A stretch of 64,000 nt of DNA, from positions 4,037 through 68,036 of the forward strand of contig DASTIG010000226.1 of assembly GCA_035717785.1 (NCBI GenBank), written 5' to 3'. Under the pieces are notes generated by a model. The model made no database searches. It had not been told where the DNA came from and saw only the letters and a list, made by a program, of their open reading frames with translations. Position 1 is the stretch's first letter; the number at the start of each line of letters is the position of its first letter. The translations under genes and the position numbers were made by a program. Below, piece by piece: positions 38,001 through 45,813 of the stretch. Source of the DNA: Candidatus Limnocylindrales bacterium. GTDB lineage: Bacteria; Chloroflexota; Limnocylindria; Limnocylindrales; CSP1-4.

Positions 38001-39227
38001 ATGTCGACGTCGGCCTCCGTCCGCCCTCTCCGAACGGCGTCGATCCTCAGCATCGGCTCCGAGCTGCTGGTCGGTGAGACCCGCGACACGAACGCGGGCG
38101 AGCTGGCGCGCGCGCTCACGCAGGAGGGCGTCAGCGTGCGCCGGATGGAGGCACTCCCCGATCGCCTCGATGTCGTCACGGAGGCATTCGTCGCGGCCTT
38201 CGAACGTGACGATCTCGTCGTCAGTACCGGCGGCCTCGGCCCGACCCCCGATGACCTGACCCGCGAATCGATCGCGGGCGCCCTCGGTGAGACGGTCTCC
38301 ATCGACCCAGAGATCGAGGCCTGGCTGCGTGCCCGCTGGGAACGCCGGGGCATGCCGTTCCCCGAGAGCAATCTCAAGCAGGCCTGGCGGATCCCATCGT
38401 GCGAGCCGCTCGCCAACCCGAATGGCTCGGCCCCGGGCTGGCTCGTGAGCCGGCCGGACGGTGGCGTCGCGGTCGCGCTGCCGGGCCCGCCACGCGAGAT
38501 GCGCCCGATGTGGTCGGATGAGGTCCTTCCCCGGCTTCGGGCGCGTGGTCTCGGGTCGGAAGCCGCCGTCAGGACGTACCGGTTGACCGGGATCGGCGAG
38601 TCGACGGTGGCCGAGATCCTCGGCGAGGATCTCCTGCGACGCCCCGACCCGGAGATCGCCACATACGCGCGCCTCGAGGCCGTCGATGTCCGGGTGAGCG
38701 CCTCGGGGCCCGACGCCCACGGGGCGAGCGCCGCGATCCGCGTCGAGGAGGCCGCAGCACTCGTCCGTGAGCGCCTCGGCGACTACATCTGGGCCGAGGG
38801 AGACACCACCTGGGCCGATGCGATCGGGTTGCGGCTCGGCGCACGCGACTGGCGCCTTGCGGTCGACGAGACCGGGACGGGTGGGCAGGTCGCGGGGCTG
38901 TTCGGTGATGTACCGTGGCTCGCACTCGTCGAGGCGCACCCCAGCGAGGCCCGGCCTCCGGGTGAGGGTGCGCGCGCGGGCGAAGAGGATGGCAGCGGGC
39001 TACTGGGTCGGGCGAGGCGGGTCCGGGCCGCGGGCCAGGCCGACGTCGGCATGGCGGTCCGTGCCCGGCCGCGTGGCAGCGAGCTGGCGGTCAGCGTCGC
39101 AGTCGTGACGCCCGAACGCGAGCGCCGGCAGACGCGCACGACGTACCTCGGAGGCGCCATGGGCCGGAGCCAGGCGGCGCTGATCGCCGCGGCCACGCTG
39201 TTCGAGGCGTTGCGCGAGGAGTCCTGA
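38001..39227 (+). CDS. cinA: CinA-family protein (molybdopterin-binding domain plus nicotinamide-nucleotide amidohydrolase-like domain)
   Basis: ASILSIGSELLVGETRDTNAGELARAL...VVSTGGLGPTPDDLTRE is the CinA/MoCF-binding signature. Confidence 0.85.
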   Translation: MSTSASVRPLRTASILSIGSELLVGETRDTNAGELARALTQEGVSVRRMEALPDRLDVVTEAFVAAFERDDLVVSTGGLGPTPDDLTRESIAGALGETVSIDPEIEAWLRARWERRGMPFPESNLKQAWRIPSCEPLANPNGSAPGWLVSRPDGGVAVALPGPPREMRPMWSDEVLPRLRARGLGSEAAVRTYRLTGIGESTVAEILGEDLLRRPDPEIATYARLEAVDVRVSASGPDAHGASAAIRVEEAAALVRERLGDYIWAEGDTTWADAIGLRLGARDWRLAVDETGTGGQVAGLFGDVPWLALVEAHPSEARPPGEGARAGEEDGSGLLGRARRVRAAGQADVGMAVRARPRGSELAVSVAVVTPERERRQTRTTYLGGAMGRSQAALIAAATLFEALREES

Positions 39228-39265
39228 CTGCGTTCACGGAAGCGGCGGCAGTCGGTAACAGCCCG

Positions 39266-39964
39266 TCAGCGCCGCGACGTCGCCGTCAGGCCCTCGACGT
39301 TGGTTATGACGATCCCCTCGCGCTCGAGGCGGATCAAGCCGTCATCGGTGAACTGTCCGAGCAGCTTGTTCACGCTCTGGCGCGTGCAGCCGACCATCGC
39401 CGCAAGGTCGCCCTGCGTCAGGTTCGTGCGCAGCCGGATGCCGCCGTCGGGCAGCCTCGTCCCGCCTTCCTGGGCCAGGCGGACCAGCCGCGCCGCAAGC
39501 CGTCCGGTGATATCCAGGAAATGGAGCTCCTCCACGTGGGTCGTGAGGCGTCGCAGCTCTCCGGCGATCGAGGCGAGGAGCGCGTCGCGCACCCCGGCTT
39601 CGGTCGCGATGAGCTCGCGGAATCGGTCACGTGGCAACACGACGGTCTCGGTGGCGCTGATCGCGGTGGCGGTCGCCGACCGCGGCGCTCCATCGAGCAG
39701 AGCCAACTCGCCGAACACGGCGCCTTTGCGCAGGGTCGCCAGGAACGCCTCCTCGCCGGTCTCCGAGGGCAGTGAGATCTTCACCTCGCCATCGACCATC
39801 ACGAACAGCGCGTCACCCGGATCGCCGATGTGGAAGATCACCTCACCGCGTTTGAACCGACGCGAACGCATCCCGGCCGCGACCCGTTCGAGGGCGGCGG
39901 GATCGAGACCCGCGAAGAACGGGATCGTGGCCAGCGCCTCAAGGACCGGACGTCCTACCAGCAT
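39266..39964 (-). CDS. Crp/Fnr-family transcriptional regulator
   Basis: The ATG at 39964 gives MLVGRPVLEALATIPFFAGLD. The cNMP-binding domain reads GDALFVMVDGEVKI...GELALL, and the C-terminal HTH reads TQGDLAAMVGCTRQSVNKLL. Confidence 0.9.
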   Translation of the reverse strand: MLVGRPVLEALATIPFFAGLDPAALERVAAGMRSRRFKRGEVIFHIGDPGDALFVMVDGEVKISLPSETGEEAFLATLRKGAVFGELALLDGAPRSATATAISATETVVLPRDRFRELIATEAGVRDALLASIAGELRRLTTHVEELHFLDITGRLAARLVRLAQEGGTRLPDGGIRLRTNLTQGDLAAMVGCTRQSVNKLLGQFTDDGLIRLEREGIVITNVEGLTATSRR

Positions 39965-39980
39965 GCGGCCGATGGTAAAC

Positions 39981-39998
39981 GTGTCCGAATGGCGACAC
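39981..39998. promoter_or_regulatory. Crp-type palindrome in the 66-nt crp/MBL divergent intergenic region
   Basis: GTGTC-cgaatggc-GACAC is a perfect 5-bp inverted repeat. It contains TGT-N10-ACA, the core spacing of CRP-family sites. Confidence 0.45.
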
Positions 39999-40030
39999 AC
40001 CCCTGCAACGCGGCCTTCTAGCATGCCGCC

Positions 40031-40897
40031 ATGAGGAACACGCTAGGTGATCGCCTCCGTTTGACCGTGCTCGGCTGCAGCACGGCAGCCCCACACCCGG
40101 CCACGCCGACCGCCGGATTCCTCGTCGAATGGGGATCGACCGCGATCCTGCTCGATTGCGGCCAGGGCGTGATCCGAAACCTGCAGAAAGTGCTCGATCC
40201 GCACGACCTCGCCGCGATCGTGATCGGCCACATGCACGCCGACCACTACCTCGACATCGTCGGGCTGCGCTATCTGTATCCGTGGGGCGAACCGTCGCCC
40301 GTGCCGCTGCCGATCTACCTGCCGCCTGGAGGTCGACCGCGCCTCGACGCGCTCGCGAACGCCGTGAGTGAACGGGTCGGCTTCTTTGATGCCGCATTCG
40401 CAGCCGTCGAGTACGACCCCGCCCAGGTGCTCCAGGTCGGGGACCTCCGCCTACGGTTCGTCCAGGGGCGCCACTACGTCCCGGCCTGGGGAGTGGTGGT
40501 CGAGGCGCCTGACGGGACGCGCCTGGCCTATACCGGCGACACCGGTCCGTCCGCATATGTCGAGGACAGTGTCCGCGGTGCCGATCTGCTGCTCGTCGAG
40601 AGCGCCCTGGGCCTCGCTGCACACGACGACCCCGAGCGGGGCCACCTGACGCCCGAAGAGGCGATCGAGCTCGCGCGACGGGCCCAGGTGCGATCGGCCG
40701 TCCTGGTCCACTACGGCCCGGCGCGCAAGCCCGAGATGGACGCGATGTGCGCAGCAGCCGGGCCATGGGTCCGGACCGCGGTCGACGGACTGACGATCAC
40801 GGTCCGACCTGCGAACGACGTCCGTGGTCCGGCACGGGACGCGTCGACCGGGGGACCCGCGTCGCGTCGCGTCGATCTCAAGGGCGCCGCCGGCTAG
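40031..40897 (+). CDS. MBL-fold metallo-hydrolase (RNase Z / class-II phosphodiesterase-like)
   Basis: It has the HxHxDH motif in VIGHMHADHYLD, plus downstream TGDTG and a His near the C-terminus. Confidence 0.8.
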   Translation: MRNTLGDRLRLTVLGCSTAAPHPATPTAGFLVEWGSTAILLDCGQGVIRNLQKVLDPHDLAAIVIGHMHADHYLDIVGLRYLYPWGEPSPVPLPIYLPPGGRPRLDALANAVSERVGFFDAAFAAVEYDPAQVLQVGDLRLRFVQGRHYVPAWGVVVEAPDGTRLAYTGDTGPSAYVEDSVRGADLLLVESALGLAAHDDPERGHLTPEEAIELARRAQVRSAVLVHYGPARKPEMDAMCAAAGPWVRTAVDGLTITVRPANDVRGPARDASTGGPASRRVDLKGAAG

Positions 40898-40931
40898 ATA
40901 TCGACCGGCTGGGACAGCCGGCCAGGAGGCG

Positions 40932-43142
40932 CTAGATCGGTGCGGGACCCGCGGCCGATGGGGCCGCGGCCGACGTCGCCGTTGTCGCGTCGCGGAGCGC
41001 ACTCGATGCTTCGACGGCCTCGGCCGCCCGCAACCGATCCCGCGCGGCACCGTCCGGGTCGTCGATCGCTGCGAGGTCGGCCGCCTGCCGCCAATAGGCC
41101 GCCGCTTCCGCGACGGCACCCAGCGCGAGCGCGCTCTCGCCTGCCTCGCGCAGCAGCGGGATCGCTCGCGGCGCGTCGCCCGCGGCCACGCGGTGGGCAG
41201 CGATCTGACCCGTCGCCTGCACGCCCGCGCGACGCTCGAGCCGATCGGCCAGTCGAGCGTGGAGCGTCCGTCGCCGGCTGGCCAGAAGCCCCGCGTACGC
41301 GGCGTCGTGGATAAGGGCATGGGCGAATCGCCAATGGTCGTCATCGATCGGCGCGATCAGCGCGCTCTCGGCGAGCTGATCGAACGTTCCCTGCTCGAGC
41401 GGATGGTCGAGCAACTCCTCGACGAGGGATGGACGAAACGTGATCCCGATGATCGATGCGACGCCGAGCGCTTCGCGAGCGGCAGATGGCATCGCATCGA
41501 TGCGCGCGCCGAGCACCGCCCGAAGGGTCACCGGGATACGCGACTCACCGCTCCCGATCATCGCCACCCGGCCGTCCCGCCATTGGAGCGTGCCGTCCTG
41601 GAGGAAGGCGCGAACGGTCTCGCCGACGAAGAGCGGGTTCCCGCCTGTGCGTTCGTGGATGCTGCGGACTCCTTCAGCATCGACCGCCGCCCGAGCGACG
41701 AGGGTGGCCAGCCGGGCTGTATCGGGTTCGGCCAGGCCGTGCAACTGCACCCGGGTGGTCGAGTCGCGTGTCGCCCAGCCGGGGAGTGGCCCGGGTCGGG
41801 TCGCAGCGAGGATGAGCACCGGGAGGTCTTGGGTTCGTTCGACCACGAGTTCGACGAGCCCGACGCTCGATGGATCGAGCCAGTGCAGATCGTCGATGAC
41901 GATCACGCGCGGCCCTGTCGATTCGAACAGCCGATCGACGTAGAGCGAGGCGACCTCGGCCAATGTGGCGGTCACCTCGGCTGGGTCCGCGGGCACGTCG
42001 GCGGACTCCGCCTCCCAGCCGGAGAACGCGGCTTCGCGGGCGATCGCAGCGATGGCCCCGCCAAAGCGCCTGGCGGTCTCGGGCGACAGGTCGTCGGTGA
42101 AGACGAAGCGACGCACGAGCGAGCCGGAATCGACGCCGTGCTCGTCGGCGACGACCTGGGCGAACAGGCGAGCCCAGCGGTACGGTTCGCCGCGGCCGTA
42201 GGACACGTTCTCGGTCCACGTCCACGCGAAGCCCACATCGCGGGCAGCGGCCTCGACGGCGGCCAGGAGGCGTGACTTGCCCATCCCAGCCTCGCCCTCG
42301 ATGACGAGCGCGACACCCTGGCCCGTCCGCTGCGTTCGTTCGAGCGCAGCCGCGATCGTCGCGAGCTCCTGGCCCCGCCCGACGAGCGGACCGGGCGACG
42401 CGGCGCGATACGGGAGCCACGCGCTCATCCCGGCCTCGCCGCGTAGTGCGTGCAGCTCGAGGGCGGTCGACTGGCCACGGAGAACGACCTCTCCACGCGT
42501 TTCGGTGGCGAGCCTGCCCCGTGCGGCCTGTCTGGTGGCATCGTCGAGCAGGATCTCGCCCGGCCGGGCCATCGACTGGATCCGCGCAGCCGTCGTGATG
42601 GCCTCGCCGGTCAGACGGAGGTCACCATCCAAGGGCGCCGCCGCCGCGGCCACGACTTCACCGGTCGCGAGACCGATCCGGACCTCCATCGCCTCGCCGC
42701 CCATACCGAGGTCCTGCAGCCCGGTGCGGATCGCAAGGGCGGCCAGCGACGCACGGACCGCGTCATCGTCGTGTGCTCGCGGCCAGCCGAAGACGGCGAA
42801 CACCGCATCGCCGATGAACTTCTCGCGCGTCCCCTCGAAGCGCTCGACGGCCGCAGCCATCGTGCCCAGCGCCACGGTCACGCGCGCCCGCACCACCTCG
42901 GGATCGTGCTCGGCGAGCATGCGGACGTAGTCAACGAGATCCGCGAAGAGGGCGGTGACGATCCGTCGATCGCCCGATGTCGTCGATAGCGGGTTTAGCG
43001 TGCCCGGCGCCCCTGGTGTGGTCCGTCCCGTCGTGTCATCGCGGCCACCGGCCGGTGGGTCCGATCGCTCGAACGCATTCCCGCATTGCGCGCAGTACCT
43101 TGCGTCGTCCCCTGCCGCGACCCCGCACGACGGACAACGCAT
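40932..43142 (-). CDS. Zinc-ribbon, class-III adenylate/guanylate cyclase, AAA (STAND-like) ATPase, helical-repeat protein
   Basis: N-terminus: MRCPSCG...CAQCG. Cyclase motifs: RIVTALFADLVDY and KFIGDAVFAVFG. Walker A is in EGEAGMGKSRLL. The C-terminus is Ala-rich and TPR-like. Confidence 0.85.
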   Translation of the reverse strand: MRCPSCGVAAGDDARYCAQCGNAFERSDPPAGGRDDTTGRTTPGAPGTLNPLSTTSGDRRIVTALFADLVDYVRMLAEHDPEVVRARVTVALGTMAAAVERFEGTREKFIGDAVFAVFGWPRAHDDDAVRASLAALAIRTGLQDLGMGGEAMEVRIGLATGEVVAAAAAPLDGDLRLTGEAITTAARIQSMARPGEILLDDATRQAARGRLATETRGEVVLRGQSTALELHALRGEAGMSAWLPYRAASPGPLVGRGQELATIAAALERTQRTGQGVALVIEGEAGMGKSRLLAAVEAAARDVGFAWTWTENVSYGRGEPYRWARLFAQVVADEHGVDSGSLVRRFVFTDDLSPETARRFGGAIAAIAREAAFSGWEAESADVPADPAEVTATLAEVASLYVDRLFESTGPRVIVIDDLHWLDPSSVGLVELVVERTQDLPVLILAATRPGPLPGWATRDSTTRVQLHGLAEPDTARLATLVARAAVDAEGVRSIHERTGGNPLFVGETVRAFLQDGTLQWRDGRVAMIGSGESRIPVTLRAVLGARIDAMPSAAREALGVASIIGITFRPSLVEELLDHPLEQGTFDQLAESALIAPIDDDHWRFAHALIHDAAYAGLLASRRRTLHARLADRLERRAGVQATGQIAAHRVAAGDAPRAIPLLREAGESALALGAVAEAAAYWRQAADLAAIDDPDGAARDRLRAAEAVEASSALRDATTATSAAAPSAAGPAPI

Positions 43143-43160
43143 GGCGTCAGCCTTGGCCCC

Positions 43161-44240
43161 TCAGGAGATCGATATGAGCGGACGGGCCTCGGCCGTCGCC
43201 GCGCGCACGCTCATCCGCGCGGCGACGGTCTGCGCCACCAGCGTCAACGCGCGGGCGGCGGGACCGGGCTCCCGCTGGGCGACTGCCGGGACGCCGACAT
43301 CGCCACCCTGGCGGACCGTGATATCGAGCGGCACGCCGCCAAGGTAGTCGATGCCGTGCTGGGCCGCGAAGCGCTCGCCACCGCCACGCCCGAAGATCTC
43401 GGTCAGCTCGCCGCAATGCGGACAGGCGAACGCGGTCATGTTCTCGACGACGCCCAGAACGGGCACGTTCATGCGCTGGAACATCGCAAGCGCCTTCGTG
43501 ACGTCGCTCAGGCTGACCTCTTGCGGAGTCGTGACCAGCACCGCGCCGGAGATCGGCACGGCCTGGGCGAGCGTGAGCTGGGCATCGGATGTCCCCGGCG
43601 GCAGGTCGATGACCAGGTAATCGAGGTCGCCCCATTCGACGTCACGGAGGAACTGCTGGATCGCGCCGCCCACGAGCGGGCCGCGCCACACGATGGGCTG
43701 GCCCTCGGGCACGAAGAACTGGATCGAGATCGTCTTGACGCCGTAGCGCTCGAGCGGAGTGATCTTGTTGTTCGGGCTGGCCTTGGGCTGACCCTCCACG
43801 CCGAGCATCAGCGGGATATTGGGGCCGGTGATGTCGGCATCGAGGAGGCCGACCGTGGCCCCGGCTTGCGCGAGCGCGACCGCGAGGTTGACGCTGACGG
43901 TCGATTTCCCGACGCCGCCCTTGCCCGACGCCACCGCGACGATGTTCTTGACGCCCGGCACGAGCTGCTCGGCCTGGCGCGGTGATGCGCGGCGGACCAT
44001 CGCCCCCCAAGTTATCTGGATGTCACTTGCGCCGATGTCGGTCAGGACCGAGCGCGCGTTCTGCTCGATCTCGTCCTTCAGCGGGCAGGCGGGCGTCGTG
44101 AGCTCGATCGTGAATGCGACGCGCGAGTCGTCGATCGCGATCGACTTGACCATCTCGAGGGTCACGATGTCGCGCCCGAGCTCCGGCTCCTGCACGGCGC
44201 GGAGTGCCTCGAGGACGGCTCCTTCGGTGATCGTGGTCAT
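43161..44240 (-). CDS. Mrp/NBP35 (ApbC) family iron-sulfur cluster carrier ATPase with an N-terminal DUF59 domain
   Basis: It has the deviant Walker A in VASGKGGVGKSTVSVNLA and a CPHCG pair. It ends 18 nt upstream of the cyclase gene start. Confidence 0.9.
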   Translation of the reverse strand: MTTITEGAVLEALRAVQEPELGRDIVTLEMVKSIAIDDSRVAFTIELTTPACPLKDEIEQNARSVLTDIGASDIQITWGAMVRRASPRQAEQLVPGVKNIVAVASGKGGVGKSTVSVNLAVALAQAGATVGLLDADITGPNIPLMLGVEGQPKASPNNKITPLERYGVKTISIQFFVPEGQPIVWRGPLVGGAIQQFLRDVEWGDLDYLVIDLPPGTSDAQLTLAQAVPISGAVLVTTPQEVSLSDVTKALAMFQRMNVPVLGVVENMTAFACPHCGELTEIFGRGGGERFAAQHGIDYLGGVPLDITVRQGGDVGVPAVAQREPGPAARALTLVAQTVAARMSVRAATAEARPLISIS

Positions 44241-44333
44241 GCGACGGTCGGCCTCGTTCTGTCACGGGAAGTGTCGGAATACATCGTACCCTGCCTGCGG
44301 GGAGAGGCCGCGCGGGAGTTTCGACGTCATGCC

Positions 44334-44391
44334 GGCCCGCGATTCGCTCGCGGTCCAGGTCCGGCACCGGTGGGCCCGCGATTCGCTCGCG
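44334..44391. repeat. Two perfect 19-nt direct repeats in the mrp/XRE divergent intergenic region
   Basis: GGCCCGCGATTCGCTCGCG occurs at 44334-44352 and again at 44373-44391, 39 nt start to start. Each copy contains the small palindrome GCGAtTCGC. Confidence 0.8.
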
Positions 44392-44646
44392 TTCCCCATT
44401 GGTCCAACCGAGGGACCGTACGACCGCCGGGACGCGTCCGACCGACGCTGTAGCCGCGCCGCGGGTCACGTGGTCACACGAGCGGGACCAGATCGCGAGG
44501 CAGGCGGGGCCATACGGCTCGCTGAGCGGCTCGCCGTCCGTCGGATGGTCCATGGCTGGGACCGGACCCCTCGGACGAGCGCCGATTAGGGCCGGATGAG
44601 CAACCCCTAACGTTGCGCAAAGGCGCGGTTCTCATCATTCCGGACG

Positions 44647-45297
44647 ATGGCTCCGCGGGAATCACCCATTCAGCGAGGGCGCCGGTTCGCTCGCGACCTT
44701 CGTCGACGGGTCGGCGAACAGATCCGCCAGGCACGGCTCGCGGCCGGGCTAAGCCAACGCGAGTTGGGCCGTCACGTGGGTCGGTCGCATCAGACCGTCG
44801 GCCGGCTGGAACGCGGCGAGATGCCGAGCCTTTCCGTCGAGTTGATCTGCGTTGTCGCCTCCGTCCTTGGCCTCGACGCCGCTGTCGGCCTCTACCCGAA
44901 CGGCACGCCTGTTCGCGACGCCGCGCAGCTCGCTCTGCTCGAACGGCTGCGCGTTCGTCTCGGGCCGGGTCGTCGCCTGCGCCTCGAGGTACCGATGCCC
45001 ATCATCGGCGATCGGAGGAGCGTGGATGCCCTCCAGCGTGAAGCGACGTTCGAGGCGATGTTCGAGGCGGAGACCCGCGTGGACGACGTTCAAGCCTTGA
45101 TCCGACGCATCCGATCGAAGCAGCGGGACCTCGGCTGTACCCGGGTCGTCCTGTTGCTGAGCGATACACGACATCACCGCGGGCTGATCAGGCTCCACCC
45201 CGAGCTGAGAGACGAGTTTCCAGTGACGCCGAGGCACGGGCTGCAAGTCCTCGCAGCGGGCATCGATCCCGGAGGCGATGTCCTGATCCTGCTCTGA
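44647..45297 (+). CDS. XRE-family HTH transcriptional regulator with an uncharacterised C-terminal domain
   Basis: The HTH reads IRQARLAAGLSQRELGRHVGRSHQTVGRLERGE. I did not recognise the ~130-aa C-terminal region. Confidence 0.75.
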   Translation: MAPRESPIQRGRRFARDLRRRVGEQIRQARLAAGLSQRELGRHVGRSHQTVGRLERGEMPSLSVELICVVASVLGLDAAVGLYPNGTPVRDAAQLALLERLRVRLGPGRRLRLEVPMPIIGDRRSVDALQREATFEAMFEAETRVDDVQALIRRIRSKQRDLGCTRVVLLLSDTRHHRGLIRLHPELRDEFPVTPRHGLQVLAAGIDPGGDVLILL

Positions 45298-45616
45298 GCC
45301 GTTCGGCTGAAGGTCCGTCGGGTGGACCGTCAGGAGGTCGGTGGACCTGAGTAGCGATCAGATTCGCATGTCCGGCGGTCGGATGGTCCGTGGGGACGGC
45401 ACAACCGCGCGTGAGCGACCGTGCGACGCCCGTCACCGATCGTTCATCCGTCGGACGGTCCAGCTCATGGACCGAGGGGGCCGGCCAGCATGGTTCCGGG
45501 AGGCCCGCCCCGTGGCTCCCCGCCGGACCCGGCGCTGCGAACACCGCACCCAGCGACCCCACCACGCCACGAATCTCGCACCGACCTCCGAGCGCGAAAC
45601 CTCGTTTCCCGCGTCC

Positions 45617-45646
45617 TTGACACCCTGAGCGATCCGACCATATCCT
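45617..45646 (+). promoter_or_regulatory. Candidate promoter of the polyamine ABC operon
   Basis: TTGACA (45617-45622), an 18-nt spacer, then TATCCT (45641-45646). It lies about 165 nt upstream of the potA GTG. Confidence 0.35.
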
Positions 45647-45813
45647 CGGCCACATCCGGGTCCCCGGCCCCGCCTGTTAGGGCATCGGGCGAGGGACAGG
45701 ACCGGCTTCGCGCGGGAGGAGCGCCGCGGAGGAGCGCCGAGCCGCCAAGAGACGACCGACCCGCTTGGACCGTGCGGCCCCGACGCGGCCCCCACGCAGG
45801 AGTGCGAACGAAC

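Noticed and set aside
36366-38939. 857-aa minus-strand ORF, the longest in this region of the track
   Set aside because: Most of it is R/P/G/D-rich and runs antisense to the well-supported cinA gene and out of frame across the holin-like gene. Only the last 729 nt (36366-37094) have a plausible protein sequence. This is a typical high-GC shadow ORF.
44271-44290. GTGTCGGAAT upstream of mrp, matching the left half of the Crp-type palindrome (GTGTCCGAAT) at 9 of 10 positions
   Set aside because: There is no matching right half-site (no ACA at the N10 position). A few such 10-mer near-matches are expected by chance in 64 kb. It was not called as a site.
44271-44453. 60-aa plus-strand ORF in the mrp/XRE intergenic region
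   Set aside because: Its sequence (repeated GPRFAR) simply mirrors the 19-nt DNA direct repeats. It has no ribosome-binding site or coding signature.
45188-45655. ORFs of 155 aa (minus strand) and 95 aa (plus strand, 45341-45628) in the gap upstream of potA
   Set aside because: They are Arg/Gly/Pro-rich with no motif, they overlap each other, and the first overlaps the 3' end of the XRE gene. They were treated as non-coding.
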